DNA of 64,000 nt from the human T2T-CHM13v2.0 reference genome, Homo sapiens. The translations under genes and the position numbers were made by a program. The stretch lies in the NCBI RefSeq assembly GCF_009914755.1, contig NC_060938.1; one strand, 5' to 3'. Below the pieces are notes generated by a model. It was not told where the DNA came from. It searched no databases and saw only the letters and a program-made list of their open reading frames with translations. Below are positions 1 to 20,967 of this stretch, one piece after another; the stretch's first letter is position 1; every line of letters starts with the position of its first letter.

Positions 1-106
1 GAACTCCTGACATCAAGTGATTTGCCCACCTCGGCCTCCCAAAGTGCTAGGATTACAGGAGTGAGCCATCACACCCAGCCACAAGCATTCTTTTAGGACT
101 TAAACA

Positions 107-513
<407 letters not shown>

Positions 514-683
514 TCAAAACATTATGCTGAATAAAAGCAGCAAGACACACACAAAAATATGTACCGTAGGATTCTATTGATCTGAACCTTCAGGACAGGC
601 AAAGCTAATCTAAGTTGTGAAAACACAGAAGGGTAGCCACCATCAGGGTGGGAAATGCTACAAGGGGCCAGAAAGAATCCTCC

Positions 684-799
684 AGGATGATGGAGATTCT
701 CTCTCGCCCCTTGTAGGACTTGTGTAACCCAGGGACCTGCATAGATGTGCCTGGGTTACACAAGTCCTACAAGGGACGAGAGAGAATCCCCATCATCCT
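684..799. repeat. Inverted repeat, 50-bp arms (684-733 / 750-799), 16-nt loop
   Basis: The arms are reverse complements with only 2 mismatches (694/789 and 707/776). Confidence 0.95.
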
Positions 800-1221
800 C
801 CACTGCATCTCATCCCATGCACAGATCCCATTCTGGTACCAGGAGAATATCCCTGTTCAGTCACTTCAAATCATTCCTCTCCAATGTTCCAAATCTCCAG
901 CAGCTGTTAATTCTGTGTTGTACCCAATATTTTAAAATGCTGACAAGTTTATTACTATTAATACAAAAAAGAGTAAAGCTCACAGGTGCTTTTTACAGTC
1001 GCGTGACCCCAAAGAGCTGTCACCCAGAACATGTGTTCAGGAGTGAAGAGGATAAGGTTGGGCCCGGAGAAGCTGGCCTGTGAGGATCACCCTGAATTGG
1101 GTTATATCTGTGTTTGGGACAAAGTCAGCAAGAGCATGGTCTTAACCAGCCCCGAGGGATGCCTGGGCTGGGCCCAGCTCCCTGAGGGCCTCCTGTGTGA
1201 CTTCTGCCTGAGGCTGCTTAA

Positions 1222-1572
<351 letters not shown>

Positions 1573-2829
1573 TGAGCCACCATGCCTGGCCCCCTGCTCA
1601 GTTTTGAAGCTCTTTCTACACATCTAGTTAAATGCCTAAAATCCCACCAACTCCACAGGTTGTTACCGGGACAGCCAAGCCCTCAGTCAACTCCCAGCAC
1701 TGCCCTCAGGCTTCTAAACCAAGCACCGACCAGACAGAGAAAAACGAAGAGGGCCAGACGGACTGAGGACATGTCCGACATGGCAGGTGGAACAGCCAAC
1801 AGGCCACTAGGGACAGAGCAACCTAGGCCCACCGAGGCAGAGGCCAGCAGGGAGCAGCCCCGCAGTGCTGCTCAGGCAAGCAGAGTACAGCTCGGGGACT
1901 GGTCCTTCACTACAGCAGCAGTGGCCACACCTTCGTGGCTGAGCAATACCACGAGGCTGGCTGAAAACGCAGATTCCCAGATTCTGATCAGTAGGGCTGG
2001 GACGGTTGGGGACAGACTCAACTCTGACCTAACCTGTCACCTTCACAGCTGGACTTGCAGCCACTTCAAAGTTTCGGGTTTTTAAGCAAATCATCAACAA
2101 TTTCCATTCCTCACACATCAGATAAGCTTTGAAATACTTTATCGGAAAAACAGGGAGAAGAGGAGCAAGGTCTGCAGTCTTGAGTACTGAGTGGGAGCTC
2201 CACCTTCCACTACAAGTCTCCTGGAGGCTGTTCATGAACAATTACTGTTATGTTAATTTCAGGTATTTGGTTTTTTTTGTTTTTTGAGACGGAGTCTCGC
2301 TCTGTCGCCCAGGCTGGAGTGCAATGGCACGATCTCGGCTGAGACCTCTGCCTTTCGGGTTCAAGCGATTCTCCTGCCTCAGCCTCCCACATAGCTAGGA
2401 TTATGATTACAGGCATGCGCCATCACGCCCAGCTAATTTTTGTATTTTTAGTACAGACGGGGTTTCACCACGTTGGCCAGCTAGTCTCGAACTCGGGAAC
2501 TCAGGAGATCCACCCGCCTAGGCCTCCTCTCAAAGTGCTGGGAGGTGTGAGCTACCGCGCCCAGCCAATTGCAGGTACTTTTGTTACTTGGAACGAAACA
2601 CACTCCTTCTTTTCCCTGAAAACATGTTCCAGTGGCAAGTTGAGGGAAACTTCCTAGCCCCTTTTCCAAGATACAGCCTACTACTCTTCCTAGAAAAGGG
2701 GTGTAACTCACTTTGTATTCTGGATTTCCACCCTAATTATAAAACACGGTGACACTTGAAAATAGAGTGGTTGTACGTAGAAAGTTGATAAAACGTAAGT
2801 TTTGTGAACAGGCAATGTTTTTCTGTGGC

Positions 2830-4150
2830 TCGCTTTGAGAGAACGGTTATCTGGGTCCCGCCGTCCCGTGCGTCCCACACGAAGGCCACAGGAGAAGCGA
2901 GGCAGCGGAGACCCTCTATTCCAGCAAGCTGTCGGAGCCTTTGCCACGACGATCCTGTTTGCGGGGCAAGAAGCGTCTGAAGACGCGGAGGGAGGCTTGC
3001 GTCTGACTTCTGCAAGTGTCTCGGGGACTTTCCCTAGTCCCACCTCGCACCGCCGGAGGAGCCCAGGGAAGACGGCGCTGGCCGACCCGCCCGGGGTCTG
3101 GGCCTCCTCCCACATCCGCGGCCCTCTCCGCGGCCGGGCTCCGACAGAGGGGGCTGCGGCGCGCCTGGCGTTCCCTCCGCTGCAACTAGAGCCGAGGTAC
3201 GGGAAACGCCGCTGCGTACCCCAGCCGGGCCCTCGTGAAGCGGCTCCCGCGTGGGGCCGCCCGCAGGCCTCGGCAAAGCCCCAGCTCCGCGCTCCGCAAG
3301 GAACGCAGACGGCGGCCCGGGCCCCTCTGTTCCCCGGGCCCCCTCAGCAGCGGCCACCCCGCGGGGGAACCAGCGCCCAGGAGGGCGGCGAGGGCGCCGC
3401 GGCAGCCCCAGCGGTGGTCCCGGGCGCCGCCTCCGCCCCGGACCCAGCGCCAGGAGCCACAGACTCCGCGCACCGCCCCCAGGCTCCTCCGCGCCCTGCA
3501 GCACAAAAGTGCACGCCGCCGTAGACGCCCTAGCGGTCCGCCGGGCCCGCTCACCTGACCCGCGAGGCCGCCCGCCGGGTCCTCTGCTCAGCCACCGCCA
3601 CCGCCGCTGCCGCCAGCTTCCCGCCGCTGAGGAAGGAGCGCCCGACGGCGCGGGGCGGGGCGAGCGACCGCCACTCGGCGTCCACAAAGGGTCGACGCTG
3701 CGCTCTCCGCGCGCTACGCCCGCTGATTGGCCACTCGCGGGCCGGGGGCGGGGCCTCTTGTTCAAACCCACGCGGGCGGGGCATCTGTGGCGCGTCTTCC
3801 CGCGCTGCGGCGACGGCCGTTGGGGCTCGCGCGCGCCCTCGGTTGCCCCGCCCCCGCCCCTGCGCCCGGCCCCGCCACGCCCACGCCCCGCCGGCTCCCA
3901 GGTCTCCCCGCGCCCAGTCCGGCCCCGCCCCGCCAGCTCCCAGGTCTCCGCGCGTCTGGCCCTGAACTGAACGCGCCTGCGCCTGGGGCCCACGTGGGGC
4001 CCTCGGGCGGGCGTGGCGGGGCAAACAGAGGTTTGGACTCTCTCGCTTCTGCCTGGCTCAACTTCTCCGCCGAGGCATCCGTGCCGGGGTCGGGAGGAGC
4101 CGGGCACGGCAATTCCCGGGCGGTCTGGGCTCCGAGGTCTATCCAAGCCT
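2830..4150. promoter_or_regulatory. CDCA4: CpG-island promoter (probably CDCA4, minus strand)
   Basis: Very high GC and CpG content; GC boxes at about 3652 and 3745; CCAAT(-) 3726-3730; TTTGAA CHR(-) 3761-3766; E2F-like TTCCCGCC 3618-3625 and TTCCCGCG 3797-3804. The gene name comes from recalled synteny with GPR132. Confidence 0.75.
3555..3640 (-). other. CDCA4: Non-coding first exon (probably CDCA4 exon 1); the coding exon lies outside the window to the left
   Basis: Strong donor GGTCAG|gtgagc at 3555/3554, just downstream of the promoter elements; TSS approximate. Confidence 0.65.
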
Positions 4151-4845
4151 CTCCAGAGACCGGGGTTATCTCCAAAGGCTTCCTAGGTTTACACGTAAGA
4201 AATGTAACGTGAAAGTTCAAAGCAGGGGACACGTGTTTTAAATCTCTTAGTGGAAAAGGTTTTAAATAGGATGCGAGAACCTGCAATCATTGACTTAAGT
4301 AATACCCTGAGCGCCTGCAGCAGGCCCGGCAGGCGTGGCTGCAGCTGAGAGCCAAGTGCTGGAAGTTGGGGGGGAATCCTCAGATCAATCCGCAGGTGCG
4401 GATGCGCCAAGGTCGGTGGTAAATGCTGAAATGCTGTCGGGAAACCTGGGAGTGACGTGGGGGCGCTGCTCACATAGGTCTCTAGCATAAGGAGCGTCTT
4501 AAAGCACCAAAAGGAAGAGTGGACGAGAATTCAGGAGAGGAATGGCTGGGGCAAAGCCCGAGGCAGGGGCAGGAGGCAGGAGCACGTCTCAGTGCAGTGA
4601 GAAAGAACCCTGTGATCTCGTGGGAAAGTTTTAAGTGTGAGGGGTGGAGGGACTTTTGGGCTATTCTGGGAGTGGGATGGAGACTACTGGCATGGTCAGC
4701 AGAGAAGGAACTGGAATCTGAATTGTGCTTGAAAAGAATCACTGTTCTTATTTAAAAAAAAAAAAAAGGGGTCTCTTTCGCCCAGGCTGGACAACAGTGG
4801 CGTGATTATGGCTCACTGTATCCTCGAACTCTTGTGCTCGAGTGA

Positions 4846-5130
<285 letters not shown>

Positions 5131-5292
5131 TAAAAGAAAATGGGACTTGATAAAGGTGACTACCTGAGAATTTAAAGTTTATGCATGTCAAAGTGAAAAG
5201 ACAAATGGGGAAAAAAGTTTTTCCTGGCTGTATCCCACATAAAGGTTAAATTCCTTAATATACAGATATTCTGCAAATGCAAATGAAATCTA

Positions 5293-5457
<165 letters not shown>

Positions 5458-5666
5458 TTAAAAAAAGAAAAGAAAAGTGGGCGTAGAATATAAACACAGT
5501 TCAGAGCAAAGAAAATACAAATGCTCCTATACAGGCGAATAGATGCTCAGCCCCAATCAGAACAAGAGCAGTGGAAATTAAAGCTATGCTGGAGTGCTGT
5601 TTGCCACGGGTCAAATTGGCAAAGATCTAAAATAATGTCTGGAGTAAGATAATATCTTCCAGAGCA

Positions 5667-5975
5667 TATTAGTCTATTCTCATGCTGCTAATAAAGACAT
5701 ACCCGAGACTGGGTAATTTATAAAGAAAAAGAGGTTTAATGGACTCGCAATCATGGCAGGAGACAAAGGAAAAGCGAAGGGACGTCTTACACGGCGGCAG
5801 GCAAGAGAGCGTGTGCAGGGAGCTCCCCTTTATAAAACCGTCAGATCTCAGGAAATGTATTCACTATCCGGAGAACAGAACAGGAAAGCCTGCCCCATGA
5901 TTCAGTTACCTCCTGCCGGGTCCCTCCCACGACATGGGAATTATAGGAGCTACAATTCAAGATGAGATTTGGTGT
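5667..5975 (-). mobile_element. THE1-family MaLR solo LTR (internally deleted)
   Basis: Diagnostic sequence ctgctaataaagacatacccgagactgggtaatttataaag ... caattcaagatgagatttgg. Confidence 0.85.
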
Positions 5976-7020
5976 GATATTTTGACATGTATATACAAAG
6001 TATAATGATCCATCAAGGTAGTTAGCATATCCATCACCTCAAACATCATTTCTTTTGTGTTGGGAACATTCAAAATCCTCTCCTCTACCTATTAGAAAAT
6101 ATGCAGTAAGTTACTGTTAACTGTAGTCATAAAATATTAACAGGCTTGCTAGGACATAGGACCAGAAAAAACATAGAAGTCTATGGTTACACCAAGATTG
6201 GAGTCATATTTTTCAGTAACTAATGTATTCAGGAAAATTGATGACAAGGAGAACTAGAATCCGTTAAAAAAAAGACTCAAATTGAAGAAAGAGCATCAGT
6301 CTTACACAGAGTCTTCCAAATGATAAAGGGGAACTCTTCTTACCAATTTGTTCTACAGGGCTAACAAATTTGATACTAAAACTCGAAAGGGACATGATGG
6401 GAGAAAACACACATGGTATTCTCTCTCATGAACATTGTTTAAAATTCCAAACCACATATTAGCAAATCAGATCCAATGATAATGTAAAAAAGGTAACTCA
6501 TCACAACCAAGTTGGGTGTACTCCAGGAACTGGAGTACAGTTGATTTCACATTGCAAGGTCAACATGATTCATGACAATAGAATGAAGGAGAAAAAAAGT
6601 ATGAAAATCTCAGTGTAGAAGCATCTAGTAAAATTCAACACCCCTTCATGGTATAATCTTTAGCAAACTAAATATACAAGTACAAAGTTAGGGACAGCCC
6701 CAAGACCACCCTCAAGTTTGAAATTCATTAGAAGGACTCAGAGAATTCCCTAGAAGCTATTGTACTCGTGGTTATGGTTCATTACCATGAAAAGGCTCAT
6801 TAAAATTAACCAAGAGAAGAGGTGCATGGGGCAGCGGCCAGGAGAGGCCATGCGGAGACTCCAGTTGTTCTCTTAGTGGAGTCATAGTGGTATTGCTGGT
6901 GAAAATGTGTCACTGGGCCTGAGTCCAGAGTTCATTTACTTCCCAAATGAATATATACATTTATTCTATTGCCAGGCAAAATCCCAGGATATTTTTGAAA
7001 CCTCACAAAATGCTATTAAA
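5976..7020. mobile_element. Old L1M fragments with an intervening MER21/MER77-like LTR fragment
   Basis: AT-rich degenerate L1 3'UTR and ORF2-like sequence; gggacagccccaagaccaccctca at about 6690. Confidence 0.55.
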
Positions 7021-7026
7021 AATCTA

Positions 7027-7353
<327 letters not shown>

Positions 7354-7429
7354 CTAGAGAAATACATGTGGAAGGCTACCCTATAGATAAAGTAAGAAAA
7401 AAGAAAAGTATTAAGGAGGACACCCACCT

Positions 7430-8182
<753 letters not shown>

Positions 8183-8366
8183 TGATTCTCTCGCCTCAGC
8201 CTCCCAAGTAGCTTGGGCTACTGGCACACACCACCACACCTAACCAAACATTACTGTAGTCTACTAATTCTTACCACATACTTGAACATACTGTAAGTAA
8301 ACTTAAATATATACTTAGTAATGACAGATATTGGTGTATACTGTAGTAAAATTAAACAAATATATA

Positions 8367-8748
8367 CAGATGCTTCTCCACTTAGGATGAAATTATGTCT
8401 CAAAAACCCTATTGTAATTTGAAAATATCAAAAATAAGTTGAGAATGCATTTAATACATCTAACCTACCAAACATGCCTTAAGCCTAGCCCATCTTACAC
8501 ATCTCAAAACACTTAGCTTAATCTACAGTTGAGTAAAACCATCTTAACTCAAAGCCTATTTTATAATAAAATACTATGTCATGGAATTTACTGAATACTT
8601 TCACTTTTTTCACCATCACTGAAAGTGAAAAACAGAATGGCCGGCTGGGTACTTGGAAGTACGGTTCCTACTGAATGCGTATTGCTTTTGCACCACTGTA
8701 AAGTCAAAAAATCGTTAAGTCAAGCAATCATAAGTCAGAGACCATCTG
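8367..8748. mobile_element. TcMar-Tigger non-autonomous DNA transposon (MER47-like)
   Basis: Terminal inverted repeats cagatg...catctg flanked by a TA duplication (8365-8366 and 8749-8750). Confidence 0.8.
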
Positions 8749-9207
8749 TATCTACAAGAATCCACAGGAAATACTAAAATGAATAGCGAAATGGTGAAAA
8801 TGGTAAAGCTTTCTCCTATTACTTCCTCATCTCCTGACTCATCTCCGCTCTGACTAATTTCTACCCAACGTTGTACTCTAGGACCTAGCTATTGTAAGAA
8901 GGCAAGAAAAAGAAAGAAAAGGTATGAAGATTTGAAAATGAACTAAAATTATCATTAATTTCAGAAAGTTGGAATTTGAACGTAGAAAATCCAAAGGATG
9001 CTGGGCGCGGTGGCTCACACCTCTGATCCCAGCACTTTGAGAGACCAAGGCAGGAGGCTCACTTGAGGCCAGGGGTTTGACACCAGACCAGGCAACATAG
9101 TGAGACCTTGTCTCTACAAAAAAATTTTAAAAATTAGCCACATGAGCCGGGCGCAGTGGCTCACGGCTGTTATCCCAGCACTTTGGGAGGCCAAGGCAAG
9201 CGGATCA

Positions 9208-9535
<328 letters not shown>

Positions 9536-9744
9536 CTAGAGTGAGCCATGATTGTACCACTGTCACTCTGGGTGACAGAGCAAGACTGTCAAGAAAGAGT
9601 CTCAGAAGAGAGAAAGGAAGGGAGGGAGGAAGGAGGAAGGGAGGCAGGGAGGGATGGAGGAAGGAAGGAGAGAAGGAAGGAGGAAGAAAGGAAGGGAGGG
9701 AGGGAATCCCCAGATAAATTGTTCAAATTAATAAAAAGTTAATG

Positions 9745-10060
9745 TGTAAACAAATTGTATACTAACCTAAGAGGATGGATGGGTTTGTAATAAGCAGCTG
9801 AGTCTCAGCCAATCATAGCAGCTGAATGTCCACCAGTCAGAGGCTGAAGGCTGCCAAAACATGACCAAACAAGGCAAACACCAAATGTAACCAATCAGGT
9901 TATTTCTGTATGTCATTTCCTCTTCTCTGGCTATAAATATAGCTTGCAGAAATTGCTGGGTGATGCATTCTAAACCATTTTCAGTCTGGACTGTTTCCCA
10001 GGTACACGAATGTTTTCTCTGCTTACTTAAACTCAGTTATATTTAACTTGTCTTGGATTT
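9745..10060 (+). mobile_element. ERV1 LTR fragment (MER57-like)
   Basis: Repeated ccaatc boxes, tataaata, and aaggcaaacaccaaatgtaaccaatc. Confidence 0.6.
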
Positions 10061-10140
10061 TTATTTTTTAATATAGCCAATACAGGAAAATCAATTCTAT
10101 TTGTATATATAAGAAACCATTGGCCGGGCGTGGTGGCTCA

Positions 10141-10516
<376 letters not shown>

Positions 10517-10932
10517 CTACACAGAAAACTACACAACATTGCCAAGAGAAATCTAAATAAATGGAGGAATAAACCAGGCATATGGATTGGAAGACTTACT
10601 CTTGTAAAGATATCAGAGACCTCGAAATTTATCTTCAGATTCAAAGCAATCTCAGTCAAAATACCAACCTTTTATGGGAATTGACAAACTGATTCTCACA
10701 TTTTTATGGCAATACAAAGTGCCAAAAAGAGCCAAAACAACCTTGAAGAACAAGAAAGTGGTGAGCTGGACAATCACTTTGGAGATGTATGGCAGGATCT
10801 GCCAGACCTGAGCACACACCGAGCCTATGACTTAGCACTGCTTGTCAGGATGTGTCCCGTAGAAAGGCATGCATATGTTCACAAAAAGATTTATACAATA
10901 AAATTTATAGCAGGGTTACTCATAGTAGCCTG

Positions 10933-11802
<870 letters not shown>

Positions 11803-12351
11803 TAGTAGAGATGGGGTTTCACCATGTTGTCCAGGCTGGTCTCGAATTCCTGACCTTGTGATCCACCCACCTCAGCCTCCCAAAGAGTGCTGGGATTACA
11901 GGCGCGAGCCATTCCACCCAGTGAAAGCTCCAACCTGAAAACAACCCAAATGTCCCCAAGAGAATGGACACTGGAGGTGGGTATGTTCAACAGTGGCACA
12001 CTTGTGAGATGAGACGAGCAAACATTGCTGCACACAAACAAATGGATGGGTCCCACAAGCATAACGTTTCGGGAGAGAAGCCAAACTCAGGAGCAATGGC
12101 TGCTTCCACAGATGGAAAGCTCAGATGAGGCAGAGGGCACCGTGCCAGAGAATGGCCCTCAGGCAGCACGGCAGTCTCCCAGGACCTGGAGACCATCACT
12201 GTCTTGATCTGAATGGTGGTGTTGAATCTGTTTTGTGTGCTCCCTTTCAGGGCATTCTGTGTTTTGACTTCAATAAATAAGTACATTAAGCCAGGCGGGG
12301 TGGCTCACACCTGTAATCCCAGCACTTCAGGAGGTCGAGGTTTGTGGATCA

Positions 12352-12597
<246 letters not shown>

Positions 12598-13143
12598 CTA
12601 TGTATCGTACAATGTATCTATGGCTGGATCCCCAGGGGCTATCTCTGGGTGGTGCCCTGGTGGCTGGGGCTCAGGCCAGGCTAGAAGGTTCCATGTCCGT
12701 CTTTTTGTTCCTTTGGAATTACCTCCCATGCATATGTATTACCTAGTCAAGGAAAAAAGGCTTCTGTTTAATTAAAAAAAAATGCATTCAGCTTTTCAGC
12801 CTCGCAGCTGAGCCCCTTCACTTGGGAGCAGCCTGGGTGCATTTGTGCACAGTTCAGATTCCAGGCAGGACGCTGCTATGGCCCTACCCACCCCCTCATC
12901 ACTCATCCTGACTCCTGGGGCCAACCCTGGGGCTGTGGGCTTTTGGGTCTGTGGTAGGGTGGAGACCTTAGGCCCATATGTACCAGGAAGTCCCCAGAGA
13001 GCCAGTGAGGAGATGCTCAGGACACTCCTGTCAAGGCAGGCCCTCAGCCTGTGACTAAGCCTCCCAGCCATCTTTTTCTTTTCCTTTATGTTGTTTAATA
13101 TTTTTGTCACAAAGAGCCATGGTCACTGGCAGAGCTGTCACTA

Positions 13144-13284
<141 letters not shown>

Positions 13285-13316
13285 CTACAAAAAATCAAGA
13301 AATTAGCCGGGCGTGG

Positions 13317-13689
13317 TGTATTGGTTTGCTTTCACACTGCTATAAAGTACTGCCCGAGACTGGGTCATTTATAAAGGAAAGAGATTTAATTGGCTCACAG
13401 TTCAACATGGCTGGGGAGGCCTCAGGAAACTTATAATCATGGAGGCCATCAAAGGGGAAGCAAGACACCTTCATAAGGTGGCAGAAAGAAGTGCCGAGCA
13501 AAGGGGGAAGAGCCCTTTGCAAACCATCAGATCTCTTGAGAACAAATGCACTACGTGAGAGCAGCATGGGGGCACCGCCACCCCCATGACTCAGTTACCT
13601 CCACTTGGTCTCTCCCTTGACACGTGGGGATTATGGGGAGTACAATTCAAGATGAGATTTCGTTGTGGACACAAAGCCTAACTATATCA
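13317..13689 (-). mobile_element. MST-family (MSTA-like) MaLR solo LTR inserted into an AluJ
   Basis: TG...CA termini; 5-bp TSD CGTGG/CATGG; the Alu resumes in register on both sides. Confidence 0.85.
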
Positions 13690-14506
13690 CATGGTGTCGC
13701 CTGCCTGTGGTTCCAGCTACTCAAGCTGAAGTGGGAGGATCGCTGGAGCCCAGAAGGTCGAGGCTGCAGTTAAGCTGAGATAGTGCCACTGCACTCCAGT
13801 CTGGGTAACAGAGCCAACGGATTGGCTGCAATAACAGAAACTGAAAGGAAAATAAATCTCAGGACCCCAAAATCACTAAGCCAACGGGAAAAGTCAAGCT
13901 GGGAACTCCATCAGCAAACCTGCCTCCCATCCTATTCCTAAATAAAATAGCTACAAACATAAAAAAGCTATGTCCTTCCCTCAAAATTTGTCCACAAGAA
14001 AATTCCTTGTGGACAAAAGACACGCAGAACTCAAGAGTCCTCCCTCTGCTCCGGTGAGACAAACGCACAGCTGATGGCTTCTTTGCCCTATTGTTTCACT
14101 AAGCTGGACTAAGGTGTAAGTGACTATTCCTATAAATTGTGTATTCAATTAAAGGCTAATCAGAAACTCAAAAGAATGCAAACTTTTGTCTCTTATTTAC
14201 CTATCACCTAGAAGCCCCCTTCCCGATTTGAATTGTCCCACCTTTCCAGACCATTGAAACGATTCTCCTGCCTCAGTCTTCTGAGTAGCCGGGACTACAG
14301 GCACCCACCACCATGTTCGGGTAATTTTTGTATTTTCAGTAGAGATGGGGTTTCACCATGTTGGCCAGGCTGGTCTGGAACTCCTGACCTCAGGTGATCC
14401 ACCTGCCTCAGCCTCCCAAAGTGTTGGGATTACAGGTATGAGCCATGCACCCAGCCTCAGATACGTTTTGGTTTACCAATTTGGTAACCAACAGAAAGGA
14501 CTCTGA

Positions 14507-15556
<1,050 letters not shown>

Positions 15557-16014
15557 CAACTCCTTTTTTTGGAGTTTTACTTGCTTCCAACAAGGAAGGC
15601 AAGTTTTCCTGCTTCCATGACGGTGGAAGGCAGATAACTCCTTTCCGGAGTTCGAGCCTGCTTTCAACAGGGAAGGCAAATTTGAGTTTTCCCCTGCTTC
15701 TAGAATGGAAGATGGCAGTCTTCAGCCTGAGACCCATTCCTAGGTAAGTAGCTTAATTGGGTTTTCGTCTTGGCTAAAGTTATGATTAACAACCAGCTGG
15801 TCTCAGTTTCTCTTTACCATTAGAGTGCTCAGTAATCATATTGTTGGGATCTTTTTTAAAAAAATGTTTTCCGGTCTTTCTCCCATTAGATTTGACCCAC
15901 TCTACCTGCCTTGGTCAAATCCGAATGAGAATTCCAAATTATGGGGAACAAGGACTTTCTGAATTACCTAAAATTCCTCACAGATGCAAAAGAGAAAACC
16001 AAAACAAAACCATA

Positions 16015-16258
16015 CTCTCGGTTTCCGCGTTCGCTCCCCGTCAGGCTCTCGGTTTCCGCGTTCGCTCCCGGTCGCGCTCTCGGTTTCCGCGTTCGCTCCC
16101 GGTCGCGCTCTCGGTTTCCGCGTTCGCTCCCCGTCGCGCTCTCGGTTTCCGCGTTCGCTCCCCGTCAGGCTCTCGGTTTCCGCGTTCGCTCCCGGTCGCG
16201 CTCTCGGTTTCCGCGTTCGCTCCCCGTCGCGCTCTCGGTTTCCATGTTTGCTTCCTGT
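16015..16258. repeat. CpG-rich 31-bp minisatellite, 7 full units plus one degenerate unit
   Basis: Unit CTCTCGGTTTCCGCGTTCGCTCCC(C/G)GTC(AG/GC)G. Confidence 0.97.
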
Positions 16259-17334
16259 CTTACTTTTCTTCCACCCTGTTCCTCCTTCCCCTTCACCAAC
16301 TTCAGTACCAAGAAAAAAATCTAGAGGTGTCTAATGACTCAAATCCTGTAAAGAACTCAGAACAATGACACCACTCACCCCTTTTGGGGTGTTCTGTTTT
16401 CTTGGTGGCGTTTCAAGAGTCATGGACAGGTCCTTCTGGGTCTAAGGCTCTGGCTCCTGCTACATTACCTGTATTCTTTGGCTTTGTGGGGGTACCAGAG
16501 ATGACCTTGCGCTATGAGAGGATTTGAGCTTGGCGTTTATAATCATGGTGGGCGAGAGCTACAAAGTTAGGGGTGGCTGAGGACAGTTTATAGGAAGTGG
16601 TCTTGGCTGGGATTTTTTCCCCCTGGGAAGTTGTTGTTTAGGATCCTAATTCTAGTTCGGAGGTGCATTTTAAAGGGTCTTCTCCATTGCCTTGTATGCA
16701 CATTTGCATGAGGAACTCAACTGTTGTTTTCATAGGTAAATGAGAGATTGAGTTTCCTCAGCTCCAAAGAGAAAGGACATTTTGCTTTTCCCAGTGGAAA
16801 GGTGCTCCTGGGTGAATGGGGGCCAAGCAGGAGTGTCCGGGGGGTTGACCCGCTGCGATGTGCGACGGTCCTACAGGAAACCCCCAACAAAATTAGTTTA
16901 AAAGGTTGTCCAGGAAGCGCATGTAAGAGTGGCTCACTCCGCACTTTGAGCCCTTCTGGAGGTACTTAGACGTCCAGAGAGAGAAATTGAGACACTTAGA
17001 CCTCCGGAGAGAGAAATTGAGACACGTGAGAGGGCAGCAATGACTCGTGGTGACACTGTGAAGTCCCACCCGCAACCAGCACAGTTTGACCCATGACACT
17101 TGCTAGGCCACAGGTCACTTCCTCCTTTTGAGAAAAAAATGTGGGAAACAAATCATCTAAGAATGAGGAAAGCCAAGGAAAGCAACGCCTCTTGGGCCCC
17201 CGTTTGGTTTTATGATGCCTCTGTTTGCAAGTGTTTGTATAAAATGGAAATATGGTCTTTCTGTGCACAATTACGTCAAGGAAAATGCAGCGCCTGAGGG
17301 TCGGCCTGCAACTGTCAAGTTCCTAAGTGGGTTT

Positions 17335-20420
<3,086 letters not shown>

Positions 20421-20967
20421 CTAGAATAAAATGACTGGTTGTTCATGAAAGAGGGATGTTCAGGACAAACCAGAAAGTCCAAACGTCATGAATGGTCTGT
20501 GTAAATCATAAGAAGAGGATTTATGGAAAAAACTTTTATAGTTGTCATAATTAAAGGGAAATTGTTTATAATGGTCTTTCTAGAGATTAGGTTTTGATAT
20601 TTAAAAACTTCCTAAAAAGTTGGTTTGAACAATGAAATTTTCCTAAGGTATTGCTTTACTCTTAATAAAGTTACACAACATTATTATTTTTGTATGCAAA
20701 GTTCAACTTCATTGCACCTCTCTGTTTTCCGCTTTCTCTCCCCTTTTAATAGGCCTGAAAGAATAACTCTGTCCTTCAACTAGTGTTTAACTCTTGTAAG
20801 TTTTTTATTCTTCAGCTTCTGTTTATTGTGACCTGATGCTAGAAAATGTTTTGTTTTAGAGTTCTAAAGGACGCGTTTCCTTCCAACATAACGTTCTGTG
20901 CTCTTGCTTTAAATTGTTCTATGGATCCAAAAATTTTCGCTTATGACCCAGGAAACACTCTTCCTAT

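Noticed and set aside
2835-4286. Long ORFs (229-370 aa) on both strands
   Set aside because: Low-complexity Pro/Arg/Gly/Ala products typical of stop-poor CpG islands, with no recognisable domain.
9605-9706. GGAA-rich purine tract as a GGAA-microsatellite enhancer
   Set aside because: Highly interrupted, with at most about three consecutive units; looks like a decayed Alu tail.
15841-16368. Three overlapping repetitive ORFs; superficially CRISPR-like 31-bp repeats
   Set aside because: The ORFs arise because the 31-bp unit has no stop codons. The units are head-to-tail without unique spacers, there are no cas genes, and the DNA is mammalian.
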